Of a stretch of DNA of 64,000 nucleotides, positions 8,795-19,194 are shown one piece after another. Positions within the stretch are counted from its first letter, which is position 1, and each line of letters opens with the position of its first letter. The translations under genes were made by a program, and so were the position numbers. The notes under the pieces were generated by a model. The model worked only from the letters and a program-made list of their open reading frames with translations. It was not told the origin of the DNA and ran no database searches. This DNA comes from Acetivibrionales bacterium (GTDB lineage Bacteria; Bacillota; Clostridia; Acetivibrionales; JBMNNH01): assembly GCA_050953835.1 (NCBI GenBank), contig JBMNNH010000017.1, forward strand, positions 11,874-75,873. The letters run 5' to 3'.

Positions 8795-11023
8795 ATGGAT
8801 GCGTGGGAAGGTTTCAAAAGAGGCAATTGGTGCTCAGAAATTGATGTACGGAATTTTATTCAGTTAAACTACACTCCTTATGATGGAGATGATAGTTTTC
8901 TTGAGGGTCCTACAGATGCTACAAAAGAGCTATGGAAAAATATATCAGATTTATTGCATAAGGAAAGAAAAAACGGTGGCGTACTGGATATAGATACCCA
9001 CACAATTTCGACCATTAATTCCCATAAACCTGGTTATATAAACAAGAAGCTTGAGAAAATAGTGGGCCTGCAGACTGATATGCCGCTCAGACGTGCTATG
9101 ATACCATTTGGAGGCATGCGAATGGTTATAAAGGGCTGCAATGCTTATAGAAAAAAGGTTAGTCCTGATGTTGAAGAGATTTTTACTAACTACAGGAAAA
9201 CTCATAATGACGGGGTATATGATGTATATACCCCTGAAATGAGGAAAGCTAAGAAAGCAGGAATTATCACAGGGCTTCCTGATGCTTATGGAAGAGGAAG
9301 AATAATAGGAGATTACCGGCGGGTTCCACTATATGGTGTTAACAGGCTTATAGCCGAAAAGAAGGATGAATTAACCCATCTGGAGTATGATTACATAGAT
9401 GCGGAAACAATCAGGGACAGGGAGGAAATAAGCGAGCAGATAAAAGCTCTGGAACTATTAAAGGCTATGGCTGGAAGCTACGGTTTTGACATTTCCAAGC
9501 CTGCAAAAAACTCACAGGAAGCTGTACAATGGCTATACTTTACTTATCTTGCGGCAGTCAAGGAGCAAAACGGAGCTGCAATGAGCCTGGGAAGGGTTTC
9601 AACTTTCCTTGATATATATTTTGAAAGGGATATGAGGAACGGCACACTTAAAGAAATTGACGCACAGGAACTTATTGACCATTTTGTAATGAAACTCAGG
9701 ATTGTAAGGTTCCTGAGAACCCCTGAATATGAAAAACTTTTTAGCGGGGATCCAACCTGGGTAACTGAAAGCATCGGGGGCATGAGCTTAGACGGCAGGA
9801 CAATGGTAACCAAAACATCATTTAGAATGATAAAAACCCTTTTCAACCTTGGGCCGGCTCCTGAGCCGAATCTGACAATACTATGGTCGGCCAGCATGCC
9901 CAAAACCTTTAAGAAATTCTGCGCTAAGGCTTCAATTCACACCAGCTCAATACAATATGAGAGCGATGATATTATGCGTTTCCACTGGGGCGATGATTAC
10001 GGTATAGCCTGCTGTGTATCTGCTATGCGTCTGGGAAAACAAATGCAGTTTTTCGGAGCAAGGTGTAATCTGGCAAAAGCACTCTTATATGCTATAAACG
10101 GAGGCCGCGATGAAATGACCGGAATACAGGTGGCTCCCAAATTTGCTCCCGTACAAGGGGAATACCTGGACTATGAAGACGTAATGGAGAGATTCAATAT
10201 GATCCTTGACTGGGTTGCAAGGCTTTATATGAACACCCTGAACATTATACATTCAATGCACGATAAATATGCTTATGAAAGGCTTCAAATGGCACTTCAT
10301 GATAGAGATGTGTTTAGAACCATGGCATGTGGTATTGCAGGATTGTCAGTGGTTACAGATTCCCTCAGCGCTATTAAGTATGCGCGGGTAAAGGTCCTGA
10401 GGAACAATGATGGAATTGTAACAGGGTTTGAAGTTGAAGGCGATTATCCTAAATTCGGTAATAATATTGAAGAAGTTGACTCAATTGCAACAGGCCTGGT
10501 AAAAACATTTATGAATAAGCTGAGAAAACAAAGAACCTACAGGAATTCCGTACCAACACTCAGTATACTTACTATAACATCAAATGTTGTTTATGGAGAG
10601 AAAACAGGTGATACACCGGATGGAAGAAAAGCGGGAGAACCCCTGGCACCTGGCGCCAACCCCATGCACGGGAGGGATATTAACGGCGCTTTGGCAGTAT
10701 TAAGCTCTATTGCCAAACTTCCTTACGAATATGCCCAGGATGGTATTTCTTATACCTTCTCTATAACTCCGAAGGCGTTAGGAAGGGAAGAAGACGTAAG
10801 GATTAGCAACCTAGTGGCACTGCTTGACGGGTACTTTAAACAGGGCGGCCATCACATAAATGTAAATGTCTTCGAGAAGGAAACCCTGCTTGACGCTATG
10901 GAACATCCGGAAAAATATCCGCAGTTGACCATCAGGGTATCAGGTTATGCAGTGAACTTTGTAAAACTTACAATGGAGCAGCAGCTGGATGTAATAAACA
11001 GAACCATTCATAAGAATATTTAA
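8795..11023 (+). CDS. pflB: Pyruvate formate-lyase (formate C-acetyltransferase)
   Basis: 742 aa with the glycyl-radical motif RVSGYAVNF near the C-terminus. The vicinal active-site Cys pair is CC within IACCVSAM. Confidence 0.95.
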   Translation: MDAWEGFKRGNWCSEIDVRNFIQLNYTPYDGDDSFLEGPTDATKELWKNISDLLHKERKNGGVLDIDTHTISTINSHKPGYINKKLEKIVGLQTDMPLRRAMIPFGGMRMVIKGCNAYRKKVSPDVEEIFTNYRKTHNDGVYDVYTPEMRKAKKAGIITGLPDAYGRGRIIGDYRRVPLYGVNRLIAEKKDELTHLEYDYIDAETIRDREEISEQIKALELLKAMAGSYGFDISKPAKNSQEAVQWLYFTYLAAVKEQNGAAMSLGRVSTFLDIYFERDMRNGTLKEIDAQELIDHFVMKLRIVRFLRTPEYEKLFSGDPTWVTESIGGMSLDGRTMVTKTSFRMIKTLFNLGPAPEPNLTILWSASMPKTFKKFCAKASIHTSSIQYESDDIMRFHWGDDYGIACCVSAMRLGKQMQFFGARCNLAKALLYAINGGRDEMTGIQVAPKFAPVQGEYLDYEDVMERFNMILDWVARLYMNTLNIIHSMHDKYAYERLQMALHDRDVFRTMACGIAGLSVVTDSLSAIKYARVKVLRNNDGIVTGFEVEGDYPKFGNNIEEVDSIATGLVKTFMNKLRKQRTYRNSVPTLSILTITSNVVYGEKTGDTPDGRKAGEPLAPGANPMHGRDINGALAVLSSIAKLPYEYAQDGISYTFSITPKALGREEDVRISNLVALLDGYFKQGGHHINVNVFEKETLLDAMEHPEKYPQLTIRVSGYAVNFVKLTMEQQLDVINRTIHKNI

Positions 11024-11050
11024 GGAAGGTTCGGAGGTTTAATCAGTTTC

Positions 11051-11785
11051 ATGGTAAAAGGGAGAATACACTCATTTGAATCTTTCAGTGCACTTGACGG
11101 GCCTGGTATAAGATTTGTTGTTTTTATGCAGGGATGCCCTCTCCGTTGCATCTATTGCCATAACAGAGATACACGGAATGCCTGGGGCGGAAAAGAATAC
11201 TCGGTTGAAGAATTAATGAGGGAAGTAGAAAAATATATTGATTTCATTAAGCTTTCAGGAGGTGGCATAACCTTCACCGGAGGTGAACCTACTCTTCAGC
11301 ATGAATTTGTAGCAGAAGTATTTAAGGAGTGTAAAGAAATAGGTATTCATACGGCACTGGACACATGCGCCTTTGTGGATGTTGAAAAAGTCAAAGGTTT
11401 GCTAGAATTTACCGACCTTGTGTTACTTGATATAAAACATGCAATCGATGAAAAGCACAGGGAAATTACAGGTGTGGGAAATGAAAAAATCAAAGCCTTC
11501 GCCAGATACCTTTCTGAAAATGGAATACCAGTATGGATCAGATACGTGCTGATTCCCGGCTATACTGACCTTGAAAATGATTTATATGCTGCAGCAGATT
11601 TTATAAAGCAACTTGATAATGTGAAAAAAATTGAAGTGCTTCCTTATCATAATTTGGGAGAATACAAGTGGGAAAAGCTTGGTGATAATTACAGGCTCAA
11701 AGGCACACAGTCTCCTACACCAGAACAGATTGAAAAAGCAAACGATATTCTCCAATCTGCCATAAAACCTAACGTTGTTAAATGA
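11051..11785 (+). CDS. pflA: Pyruvate formate-lyase activating enzyme (radical SAM)
   Basis: CPLRCIYCHN radical-SAM cluster motif. Lies immediately downstream of pflB. Confidence 0.95.
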   Translation: MVKGRIHSFESFSALDGPGIRFVVFMQGCPLRCIYCHNRDTRNAWGGKEYSVEELMREVEKYIDFIKLSGGGITFTGGEPTLQHEFVAEVFKECKEIGIHTALDTCAFVDVEKVKGLLEFTDLVLLDIKHAIDEKHREITGVGNEKIKAFARYLSENGIPVWIRYVLIPGYTDLENDLYAAADFIKQLDNVKKIEVLPYHNLGEYKWEKLGDNYRLKGTQSPTPEQIEKANDILQSAIKPNVVK

Positions 11786-11843
11786 TAAGGGGACTATCTG
11801 CCATTTTGGCTTCAAGTCCGCTACATAAATAAGTATACTGGGG

Positions 11844-11886
11844 TATATTTTCCATGTATGACCCACATAATGGAATCAACATTTAA
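11844..11886 (+). repeat. Partial copy (block 1 only) of the dispersed repeat, copy E
   Basis: TATATTTTCCATGTATGACCCACATAATGGAAT. On the minus strand it folds as GGGTCATA-N9-TATACCCC just after the tiny ORF stop. Confidence 0.5.
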
Positions 11887-11889
11887 GTA

Positions 11890-12003
11890 CTAATCCCTGT
11901 AAAAAGGACCAAAGAGACCTGGGCACAGGCATAAGATCACTATTATAACAATAATAACCCATATCCAATCGGAGCCATAGCCAAATCCTCCCCTATCAGT
12001 CAT
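11890..12003 (-). CDS. Tiny transmembrane protein, 37 aa, YjcZ-like (sporulation-associated tiny TM family)
   Basis: Hand translation gives MTDRGGFGYGSDWIWVIIVIIVILCLCPGLFGPFYRD. RBS GGGGGGTGA sits 7 nt before the ATG. Below the 60 aa cutoff of the ORF track. Confidence 0.6.
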   Translation of the reverse strand: MTDRGGFGYGSDWIWVIIVIIVILCLCPGLFGPFYRD

Positions 12004-12082
12004 TTTATATTCACCCCCCGTATCAGCTAGTTGATAAATCTGTTGTACCGTTGGTTAATAAAGTTGATTAATAAATAAGTAC

Positions 12083-12241
12083 TTATTCAATTGTTAGATC
12101 CGGCCTTGACTGTTCATCTCTAAAGAAGTAACCATCTTCTCTGCAAATGCACCTCCAGAAAAGAATAAGGAACAAAATAATAAACCAGAGAATTGAACAG
12201 TCATCAAAAACATCACTCAGAACCCCTTTTTTGTCTGTCAT
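12083..12241 (-). CDS. Small transmembrane protein, 52 aa
   Basis: Hand translation gives MTDKKGVLSDVFDDCSILWFIILFLILFWRCICREDGYFFRDEQSRPDLTIE. RBS AAAGGGGAGG sits 8 nt before the ATG. Same MTD(K/R) start as the neighbouring tiny ORF. Confidence 0.55.
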   Translation of the reverse strand: MTDKKGVLSDVFDDCSILWFIILFLILFWRCICREDGYFFRDEQSRPDLTIE

Positions 12242-12452
12242 TAAACAAACCTCCCCTTTAGTATTGCTAATTGACTCAGTCTAATTCATACTATTCATAT
12301 AGGCAAAAATTTGTGACCCTCTTATGCCTGGTAAAAATTTATAGGAATAAAACATTTTTTTTACTTCTCATTTTGGTAATAAGCAAGTATAATATAAGTA
12401 ACTACAGAGTAATGATGAAATTAATTCTTACTCTTAAACTCGGGTGGTTAAA

Positions 12453-13079
12453 ATGAAAATTGAGAAAATCAGCGAAAACATGATTAAAGTAACAATTTCA
12501 TTAAATGACCTGGAAGAAAGAAATATTGACCTTGATGCACTAAACTATAACTCGCCTGCAGCTCAGGAACTCTTCTGGGATATGATGGAACAAGCTGAAG
12601 TCGAATTTGGATTCAATATTTCTGATTCTCAGTTAATTATTGAGCCTGTGCCTGATTCTGATGAAGGGTTTATTATAACTATTACAAAAATGGATGAAGA
12701 TGGAGATTTTGAATCTATACAGAAATATATTAAAAACAGATTTAAAAAATCCGATTTGAGGGTTAAAAAGAAGAGCCTGAAGATATCTTCTGCTTTAATT
12801 ATTTACTCCTTCAGTAGTTTTGATGATCTGATAGACCTCTGCAAGAATATTAATGAATTATACTCAGGAGACAGTTCCTTATATAAATGTAATAGCACTT
12901 ACTATCTCATACTGACACGGAACAGTTATTTATCAACTAATATTAAAATATTTGATAACCTTTTGAATGAATATGGAAATAAAGTATCTAATGTAGCTTT
13001 CTATGAGGGGTATTTGAATGAGTATGGGGTAAAAATAATAGAACATGAAGCAGTCGAAATAATTTCAACATACTTTTAA
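12453..13079 (+). CDS. mecA: Adaptor protein MecA (ClpC adaptor)
   Basis: N-terminus MKIEKISENMIKVTISLNDLEERNI and a C-terminal YSF...YYL...LEYG-type domain typical of MecA. ATG preceded by GGGTGG. Confidence 0.8.
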   Translation: MKIEKISENMIKVTISLNDLEERNIDLDALNYNSPAAQELFWDMMEQAEVEFGFNISDSQLIIEPVPDSDEGFIITITKMDEDGDFESIQKYIKNRFKKSDLRVKKKSLKISSALIIYSFSSFDDLIDLCKNINELYSGDSSLYKCNSTYYLILTRNSYLSTNIKIFDNLLNEYGNKVSNVAFYEGYLNEYGVKIIEHEAVEIISTYF

Positions 13080-13105
13080 AGGAGTTCAGTGGCTTTTTTG
13101 TCCGC

Positions 13106-14482
13106 CTACTTAGTTGCAGTATTAATCCACCCTGTGTTCGGCCCTACTTTGACTATGGATTTTTCAGCTTTATAAATATCTGTATATAAGTACTCTTTTG
13201 ATGTTTGTGTATCATCTTTAAAATTAACTTTATATACCTCTACTTTTAGTCCATCTTTACCCGGGGTAATTATCCTGTTTTCACCTGGCTTAAGGCTCAT
13301 ATCTTCTAAATTAATTACTGAGGGTTTATATACCTGAACAATTTCAGATTCAATCTCAGTGCGTTCATCCTTATTCTGCTTCTTTCCCAGAATTTTTACG
13401 TCTATCCTGTAACCCCTTACTTCTGCCAGTATCATAATACCATTTTCTAAAGTATTGAGAAATTCGAAATCCTGGCCATCTTCAGAAACCATAACATCCA
13501 GTCCAGGTTCTATATAGTTAACATAATTTTCATGCTGCGACCTGGTTATATATTCAGGATTTATGCCCGCCTTTAAAACAGCTGCATAAAGTGTAGAAGC
13601 AACCTGATTGCAACCTTCATCATTCTTATGATTTGAAACGCTTGATTTCTCAAGATACTTATTAAAAGAGAATAAAGCCTCAGCTTCATTCTTCACCTGA
13701 GAAGCAGGGACGATTAAAGCCTTGTTTATGGCATATGTTGCTGCCAATGCAGACTCTAGGTTTTCTTTTGACTTAATGAGGGTGGAATACTCTGATATTA
13801 TATCCTCAATGTCTATTAGTTCTTCCAGGGTAATGTCAGGGGAAACAAGCTCAATTTCAAAATTGTTTTTGGTTGAAAAATCAATAATAAAATCAGGACT
13901 GTTTTCCAACTCTTTTTTAAACTTTGCCAAGGAGTTATTAATATTGAGTTTATAACCATCCTTTTCCGGATCCTTTACTAGCTTTCCGTTTTTAATGTAT
14001 ATATCGGCATCTGATGGTTCCCTGTCTACAAGTATAGAAAGCTCTTCTATCCTTTCCAGCAGTTTTTCCTTATTATACTCATATATAGGGGTTACCACCC
14101 TTTCATTCCTGTCAAGGTATCCAAAAATAAAATGGACCAATCTTTCAAATTCGTTTTCGCCATAGGCTTTTTTAATAATAGCATCATAATCTGGCTTGGC
14201 TTCTATATCATTGAAGTCAATTTTGTACTTATGCTCGCCATCAACACTTATTGTGATAATAGAGTTCTGAAGACTCTCTGTCAAACTGCCTGAAAGTTCT
14301 TCCAATGCCTCTTCTCTGCTCATACCGCTTATGTCCGTACCATTTACATAAACGTTTCGGCCAATTTTGCCGCCATAAACAAAGTGCAGGGCAAAAAATC
14401 CTCCCAAAACTAATAATGCGCTTTCAAGCAGAATGATTAAAAAAATCACAGCCTTCATATGGTATCTTATCATTTGTGTCAC
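13106..14482 (-). CDS. VanW family protein with C-terminal G5-like domain, N-terminal TM anchor
   Basis: VanW core (CNQVASTLYAAVLKAGI...). The C-terminal PGKDGLKVEVYKV block is G5-like. GTG start after GAAGGG. Confidence 0.7.
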   Translation of the reverse strand: MTQMIRYHMKAVIFLIILLESALLVLGGFFALHFVYGGKIGRNVYVNGTDISGMSREEALEELSGSLTESLQNSIITISVDGEHKYKIDFNDIEAKPDYDAIIKKAYGENEFERLVHFIFGYLDRNERVVTPIYEYNKEKLLERIEELSILVDREPSDADIYIKNGKLVKDPEKDGYKLNINNSLAKFKKELENSPDFIIDFSTKNNFEIELVSPDITLEELIDIEDIISEYSTLIKSKENLESALAATYAINKALIVPASQVKNEAEALFSFNKYLEKSSVSNHKNDEGCNQVASTLYAAVLKAGINPEYITRSQHENYVNYIEPGLDVMVSEDGQDFEFLNTLENGIMILAEVRGYRIDVKILGKKQNKDERTEIESEIVQVYKPSVINLEDMSLKPGENRIITPGKDGLKVEVYKVNFKDDTQTSKEYLYTDIYKAEKSIVKVGPNTGWINTATK

Positions 14483-14487
14483 TTGCT

Positions 14488-15375
14488 TTACCCTTCATTA
14501 TTCATAACTAACTCAATTATTTTATCATTCTTCTTTGCTTCATTAATTATTTCGTCATTAATTATCATGCCTTCGTTTACAATAACGTTGCCATTCTTAT
14601 CAGTTATAGTCTTAGTAGCCCTTCGGCCAATCAAATACTGCCGCTGCCTTTGTTCAAACAAATTTACAGCTTCATCCTTTTCATTCTCCAATTCCTTTGT
14701 ACTCTGTTCCAATACTGGTTGTTCAGGAATTTCCTCCTGTACCTCTTCATTTTCCTGTTCCTGAATCAAATGTGCGAACCCGTTTTCTGAATGTGTTTCA
14801 GCATCATCAAATACATATGGTATCTGTGCATTTGTAACATCATTTTTCTCTTGGTCTGAACTAATAGATATTCCCTCTATATTATCCAATAAAAAGTTCT
14901 GGAAATCGTTTTCAACTATCACAAGATTTCTACCGAATGTAATTACTTTTTCCCTTGGAATCAGACGTGACTTTCCGTGGGAAATATCAGTGATATGTTC
15001 AAGGGCGGTTATTCTACAGAAATTATCTTCATCGATACATATATCGCCTATTTCTCCTATTAAATTTCCTTTTTTCGTAAGCACCTTGGCGCCTTTCACT
15101 TTAATTTCCTTCTGGATTAATTCAACGGCTTCAGATACCTTGCTTATGTCACTTATTGAACTTTCATTCTCAATGGTAAGGGCATTTTCGCCTATACCAA
15201 GAACCCTTTTAGTAGGTATTACTCTGGCACTATATATTTGATTGCCAGTATCCACAACTATATAATCAATTGCCCCCCTGTCGCCGTTTATGAGGATATT
15301 TTTTACCTTTCCGACTTCCTCCCCGGTTGATATGCTTATTATCGGTAAGCCAAGTATATCCTGAGTCATTTTCAT
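14488..15375 (-). CDS. PRC-barrel domain protein (two PRC barrels, acidic linker)
   Basis: ILGLPIISISTGEEVGKVKNILING and KVLTKKGNLIGEIGDICIDED are PRC-barrel-like repeats. Confidence 0.65.
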   Translation of the reverse strand: MKMTQDILGLPIISISTGEEVGKVKNILINGDRGAIDYIVVDTGNQIYSARVIPTKRVLGIGENALTIENESSISDISKVSEAVELIQKEIKVKGAKVLTKKGNLIGEIGDICIDEDNFCRITALEHITDISHGKSRLIPREKVITFGRNLVIVENDFQNFLLDNIEGISISSDQEKNDVTNAQIPYVFDDAETHSENGFAHLIQEQENEEVQEEIPEQPVLEQSTKELENEKDEAVNLFEQRQRQYLIGRRATKTITDKNGNVIVNEGMIINDEIINEAKKNDKIIELVMNNEG

Positions 15376-15429
15376 GCTACATTAACCCCCTTTTATTTCA
15401 TAGCTGGATAAACCAACTACGAATCTCCC

Positions 15430-16458
15430 TCAAACATGTGATAAATTCCTTTCAATTTCAACCTTTACTGCTTCATCCATCAAGTGTTGATAGTTTGAAG
15501 AATAACTCTCCAAAATATCCCTTGCCAACTCAGTTTTTCCTAATTTTTTGTATAATGCACATATATCCACTATAATCCAGAACAACAAACTATTTCCGGG
15601 TTTTGTTTCAAGTGCATACATATAGCTGAGTAAAGCACCTTCAAAATCACCGGCTTCTTTTAGTGCAAAAGCCTGGTCAATATATTTGAGCACATCGTCG
15701 TTATTTTCATCAATATCAATTTTATTAAATATAGGGGTAGATTGTCCACCCCCAAAGCTACTTTTGTCATGAATTTCCTGACTATGTTCTATATTCTCGC
15801 CATAATGTTCCACTTTTTCCAAATTAATCTCATCCTTTACAGTAGCAGAAAAACTATCATTTCCTTCAGATAATACAAAAGCGCTTTCCCCGTCTGCACC
15901 ATCTATTTCCATGTCATTGATTTCTATATTATTATCTGTTTCCGTATTGTTATCTATTTCTGTATTGTTATCTATTTCCGTATCATTTTTCTCTGCTTCT
16001 ATATTATCAATTTCAGTTTTTTCTGTTTCTACATTTTCACTTTCAGTTTCTGAAATGTTTGGTGCTTTATTTAAGCATTTCTTTGCTTTTCCAACTAAAT
16101 TTCTTACAGTATCTGCTATATTTTTAATAAATTTGTCCATAATCATATCCGTAATGGCCATTGTCTGCTTCTTTGAAATAAAGGACGAAATAAGTATAGT
16201 AAATAAAAATATTAATATTACATTTATTATAACTGAAGCCACTAACGCTAGCACTTTGTTTAAATACACAGCATTAAGCACATCCGGTCTAGAAAACATG
16301 CCATAAAGTCCTGGAAACATAATGCTAACTATAACAGAGCTTACAGCAGTAGCCAAAATCAACCGTATGTCAAAAAAATTATTTTTCTTTGATATAAATA
16401 CTAATATCAAAGAAGAAAAAACAACTACTACAATTACGGCAGCTGTGTATGTAAACAT
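15430..16458 (-). CDS. Membrane protein with acidic TEIDNN tandem repeats and C-terminal TPR-like region
   Basis: Start moved to MFTYTAAV, preceded by a strong GAGGAGGG RBS. Three to four N-terminal TM helices. Confidence 0.55.
   Translation of the reverse strand: MFTYTAAVIVVVVFSSLILVFISKKNNFFDIRLILATAVSSVIVSIMFPGLYGMFSRPDVLNAVYLNKVLALVASVIINVILIFLFTILISSFISKKQTMAITDMIMDKFIKNIADTVRNLVGKAKKCLNKAPNISETESENVETEKTEIDNIEAEKNDTEIDNNTEIDNNTETDNNIEINDMEIDGADGESAFVLSEGNDSFSATVKDEINLEKVEHYGENIEHSQEIHDKSSFGGGQSTPIFNKIDIDENNDDVLKYIDQAFALKEAGDFEGALLSYMYALETKPGNSLLFWIIVDICALYKKLGKTELARDILESYSSNYQHLMDEAVKVEIERNLSHV
15943..15978. repeat. Tandem 18 nt coding repeat (YGTATTGTTATCTATTTC x2, degenerate copies on both sides)
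   Basis: Direct reading of the sequence. Encodes the NNTEID repeats of the gene above. Confidence 0.8.
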
Positions 16459-16923
16459 AAAGCCCTCCTCGTAATTTATCATTAGTAAACTCTCTTAAAA
16501 GCCTATCATTTGTAGGATACAGGACAATAACATTCCAAAGCCACTAATAAGCGCAAAAACAGTATTAAATTAAGGCAAATCCCAGTTTAAAGGCATAAAA
16601 ACCCTTAATGTAAATTATATAATTGCTGGTATCAAATGTTAATGAATCTACAGTCCTAAATTCGCTGCCCTTTAGTCCTATTTTACTAGGTTATTCGACT
16701 CATTTATATAGGTATTTTGTACTATTTTGTAAATTTGTTGTGCACTTTTTTACATTAACATGTTGAGAAAGCTTTATTTTGATTTCATTGTGTAAAGGCT
16801 TTTTATAATTTAAATATTTTGTTATAATTAAAATGAAATATTCATAATAATATTGAGTTGCCTTTTGACATGCTTTTTGCATAACCGGTTTACATACATA
16901 CTATAAAAGCGGGTTTGATACTT

Positions 16924-17454
16924 ATGAAGCGGAACAAGTTTGAACAGTTTTTTATGAACAGGCAAAGTCTTATTGAACAGTATAAAAAAGGTGACCTCTC
17001 AAAAGAAGAGTTTATTGAAGAGAATTACAGGTCAATTAACTCTCTTAATATAAAGCCTTTTCGAAGAATTGATAATGTAAAGAAGGGTTTATATAACTAC
17101 CAGTATTATAATGTTATTGCCAAGTACTATCAAAGGAAAGCTCATGCACTGGATAATAACCACGAATCCAGGCAGGATTTTCTTGAACTGTCGGATTATT
17201 TCTATTCCAAGAAGGATAAAGCTACGGAAATGCTTTTAAAACATCTTGATTTTTCAGGAATAGAAGCTTATTACGTAAAAGTCAAATCCCCTAATCTAAA
17301 AAAGAAACTGTTTGAAATAGTATTAAAAGACTATGATAATGTTATTCTTCATTCCAAAAATAAAGCGATACTTGACATGCTTCAGAAAGAAAACAACTTC
17401 GTTGACCAGGAAAGGGAATCTCTTATAGATAGTTATATTAATCAAAAGTATTGA
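16924..17454 (+). CDS. Hypothetical protein (176 aa)
   Basis: Clean ORF with a weak RBS. I recognise no motif. Confidence 0.45.
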   Translation: MKRNKFEQFFMNRQSLIEQYKKGDLSKEEFIEENYRSINSLNIKPFRRIDNVKKGLYNYQYYNVIAKYYQRKAHALDNNHESRQDFLELSDYFYSKKDKATEMLLKHLDFSGIEAYYVKVKSPNLKKKLFEIVLKDYDNVILHSKNKAILDMLQKENNFVDQERESLIDSYINQKY

Positions 17455-17456
17455 CG

Positions 17457-19145
17457 CTATTTTACCTCCATTACAAGAAAAGTAATATCATCCGTAAGTT
17501 CTGAAACAGTCATAAATTTATTGATTTCCTCAGTGATACTATCAGTTATTTCATTAGCGGTTTTTCCTGAAATACTGGATAAAATGTTTCTCAGGTGATG
17601 TTCAGAAAACTCCTCACCACAGGTATTCCTCACTTCTACCAGCCCATCTGTGTATAGCAGCAGCTTATCTCCCTTTTCAAGATTAAGGGTATGGCTTTTA
17701 TATGCAACATTATAAAGATTTATAAGCTTGCATATGGGAAAACCTTCTATTTCTATTTCTTTTACTTCTCCGGTGCTTCTGGCAAGCAGCGGTGCTTTAT
17801 TTAAACCGGCTGATGAATATGTGAGCACTCTTGTTTTTATATTAAGTACCCCATACAGCATTACTACATATACTTCATCTTTAAAGTTTGTTTTATTAAA
17901 AGATTCATATAAGTTATCTAGTATTGCAGAAGGATATATTATTTCTTCTCTTTTTTCTTTCATCTCATGCATTGAATTAATACTCTGTTTTAGGAAAATT
18001 GTCAGCATTGCAGCTGGGACACCGTGACCGGAAACGTCTCCAATGTAAAAGCCAATATGTTCCTCATCCAGTATGAAGACATTATAAAAATCTCCACTGA
18101 CCCGTTCAGCAGGAAAGTATGCCGCAGCAAAAGACACTTCCGTGAGTTCCGGCATGCTCTGTGGAAGCATTGAAAGCTGTATATCCCTGGCATAATTAAG
18201 ATCATCAAGCAGTTTTCTGTTTATTTCCCTTAGCTGCCTTGTCCTCTCATGTACTAGCTTGTCAAGGTTTTCAATGTATCCCTTAAGTTCATTCTTGGCT
18301 TCGGACAGTTGCAAATATGGTTTTTGCACAGAAACAATAAATGTGGCTCTGAAAATAAGATAAAAAGCTATAACTTTGTATATATGTCCTATGTAATTAT
18401 GTATGTCATAAGGATCATTATAGCTGATAAACGCAAATTCACTGAACACGCTTATCAGGAGGCCTCCTGCCAGAAGGATGGCAGCAGTCTCTTTTTCCTT
18501 TCCATATTCATTCAATAGTTTTATAATAGCAGCAACCATAAATATAACAATTACATATTCAAGAATAATTTTGGATTGGGTAAGCCCCTGTCCCTCTATA
18601 TACATCTTAGGCAAAGCATCCGGGTAGTATGTGGTAACAATAAAGGAAAATATACTGAAAACTATTGACCCTCCTGCGAATAAAAACTTGTTTATGCTGC
18701 TTTCCTTATTTTTGGGAATCAGAGTAGCTATTAAAATCCCTGCACTTCCAACCAATCTGGATATAATCCAAAAGGTTGTTGCCCTATTTGCGCAGCATGA
18801 ATCATTTATAAAAAAAGCCGGCATTCCCTTGTAACTTAATGTATGGAACATATCCACCAATCCCATGAAAAGGAAAACAGCCCCTAGGAAAATAAGCCTT
18901 AAATTCTTTGTCTGCCTGTATGTATAATATGAAGTTATAAAAACAGAAAAAGAAACCAGGATACTTGAAAGTTCAAACATGGTGTGCCATGATAGATAAG
19001 CATCACCACCCATCATTTTATCAAACTGGTCCTGGAACAGGGATGCAAGCTTAAATAGTACCAGAGAGAAAACAAAAGCCGCTATAAGAAAAAAATAATG
19101 TTTATTGGTATTTACAAAACTTCTTATATTGCTATATGACCTCAT
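17457..19145 (-). CDS. Membrane sensor fused to PP2C (SpoIIE/RsbU-type) serine phosphatase
   Basis: About 8 N-terminal TM helices (MASE3-like), then a coiled linker and a PPM domain (GDFYNV, IGDVSGHGVPAAMLT, LYTDGLVE). Confidence 0.8.
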   Translation of the reverse strand: MRSYSNIRSFVNTNKHYFFLIAAFVFSLVLFKLASLFQDQFDKMMGGDAYLSWHTMFELSSILVSFSVFITSYYTYRQTKNLRLIFLGAVFLFMGLVDMFHTLSYKGMPAFFINDSCCANRATTFWIISRLVGSAGILIATLIPKNKESSINKFLFAGGSIVFSIFSFIVTTYYPDALPKMYIEGQGLTQSKIILEYVIVIFMVAAIIKLLNEYGKEKETAAILLAGGLLISVFSEFAFISYNDPYDIHNYIGHIYKVIAFYLIFRATFIVSVQKPYLQLSEAKNELKGYIENLDKLVHERTRQLREINRKLLDDLNYARDIQLSMLPQSMPELTEVSFAAAYFPAERVSGDFYNVFILDEEHIGFYIGDVSGHGVPAAMLTIFLKQSINSMHEMKEKREEIIYPSAILDNLYESFNKTNFKDEVYVVMLYGVLNIKTRVLTYSSAGLNKAPLLARSTGEVKEIEIEGFPICKLINLYNVAYKSHTLNLEKGDKLLLYTDGLVEVRNTCGEEFSEHHLRNILSSISGKTANEITDSITEEINKFMTVSELTDDITFLVMEVK

Positions 19146-19194
19146 AAATCTCCTTCTTTCAACTTGCTGGTTGAGCGAACTATACTAAGACTCT

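Noticed and set aside
16700-16882. 60 aa minus-strand ORF in the 465 nt AT-rich spacer upstream of the repeat-protein gene. Also the 61 aa plus-strand ORF at 12271-12456.
   Set aside because: Neither has an RBS, and both are Lys/Asn/Tyr-rich products of AT-rich DNA. The 12271 ORF overlaps the mecA RBS and start.
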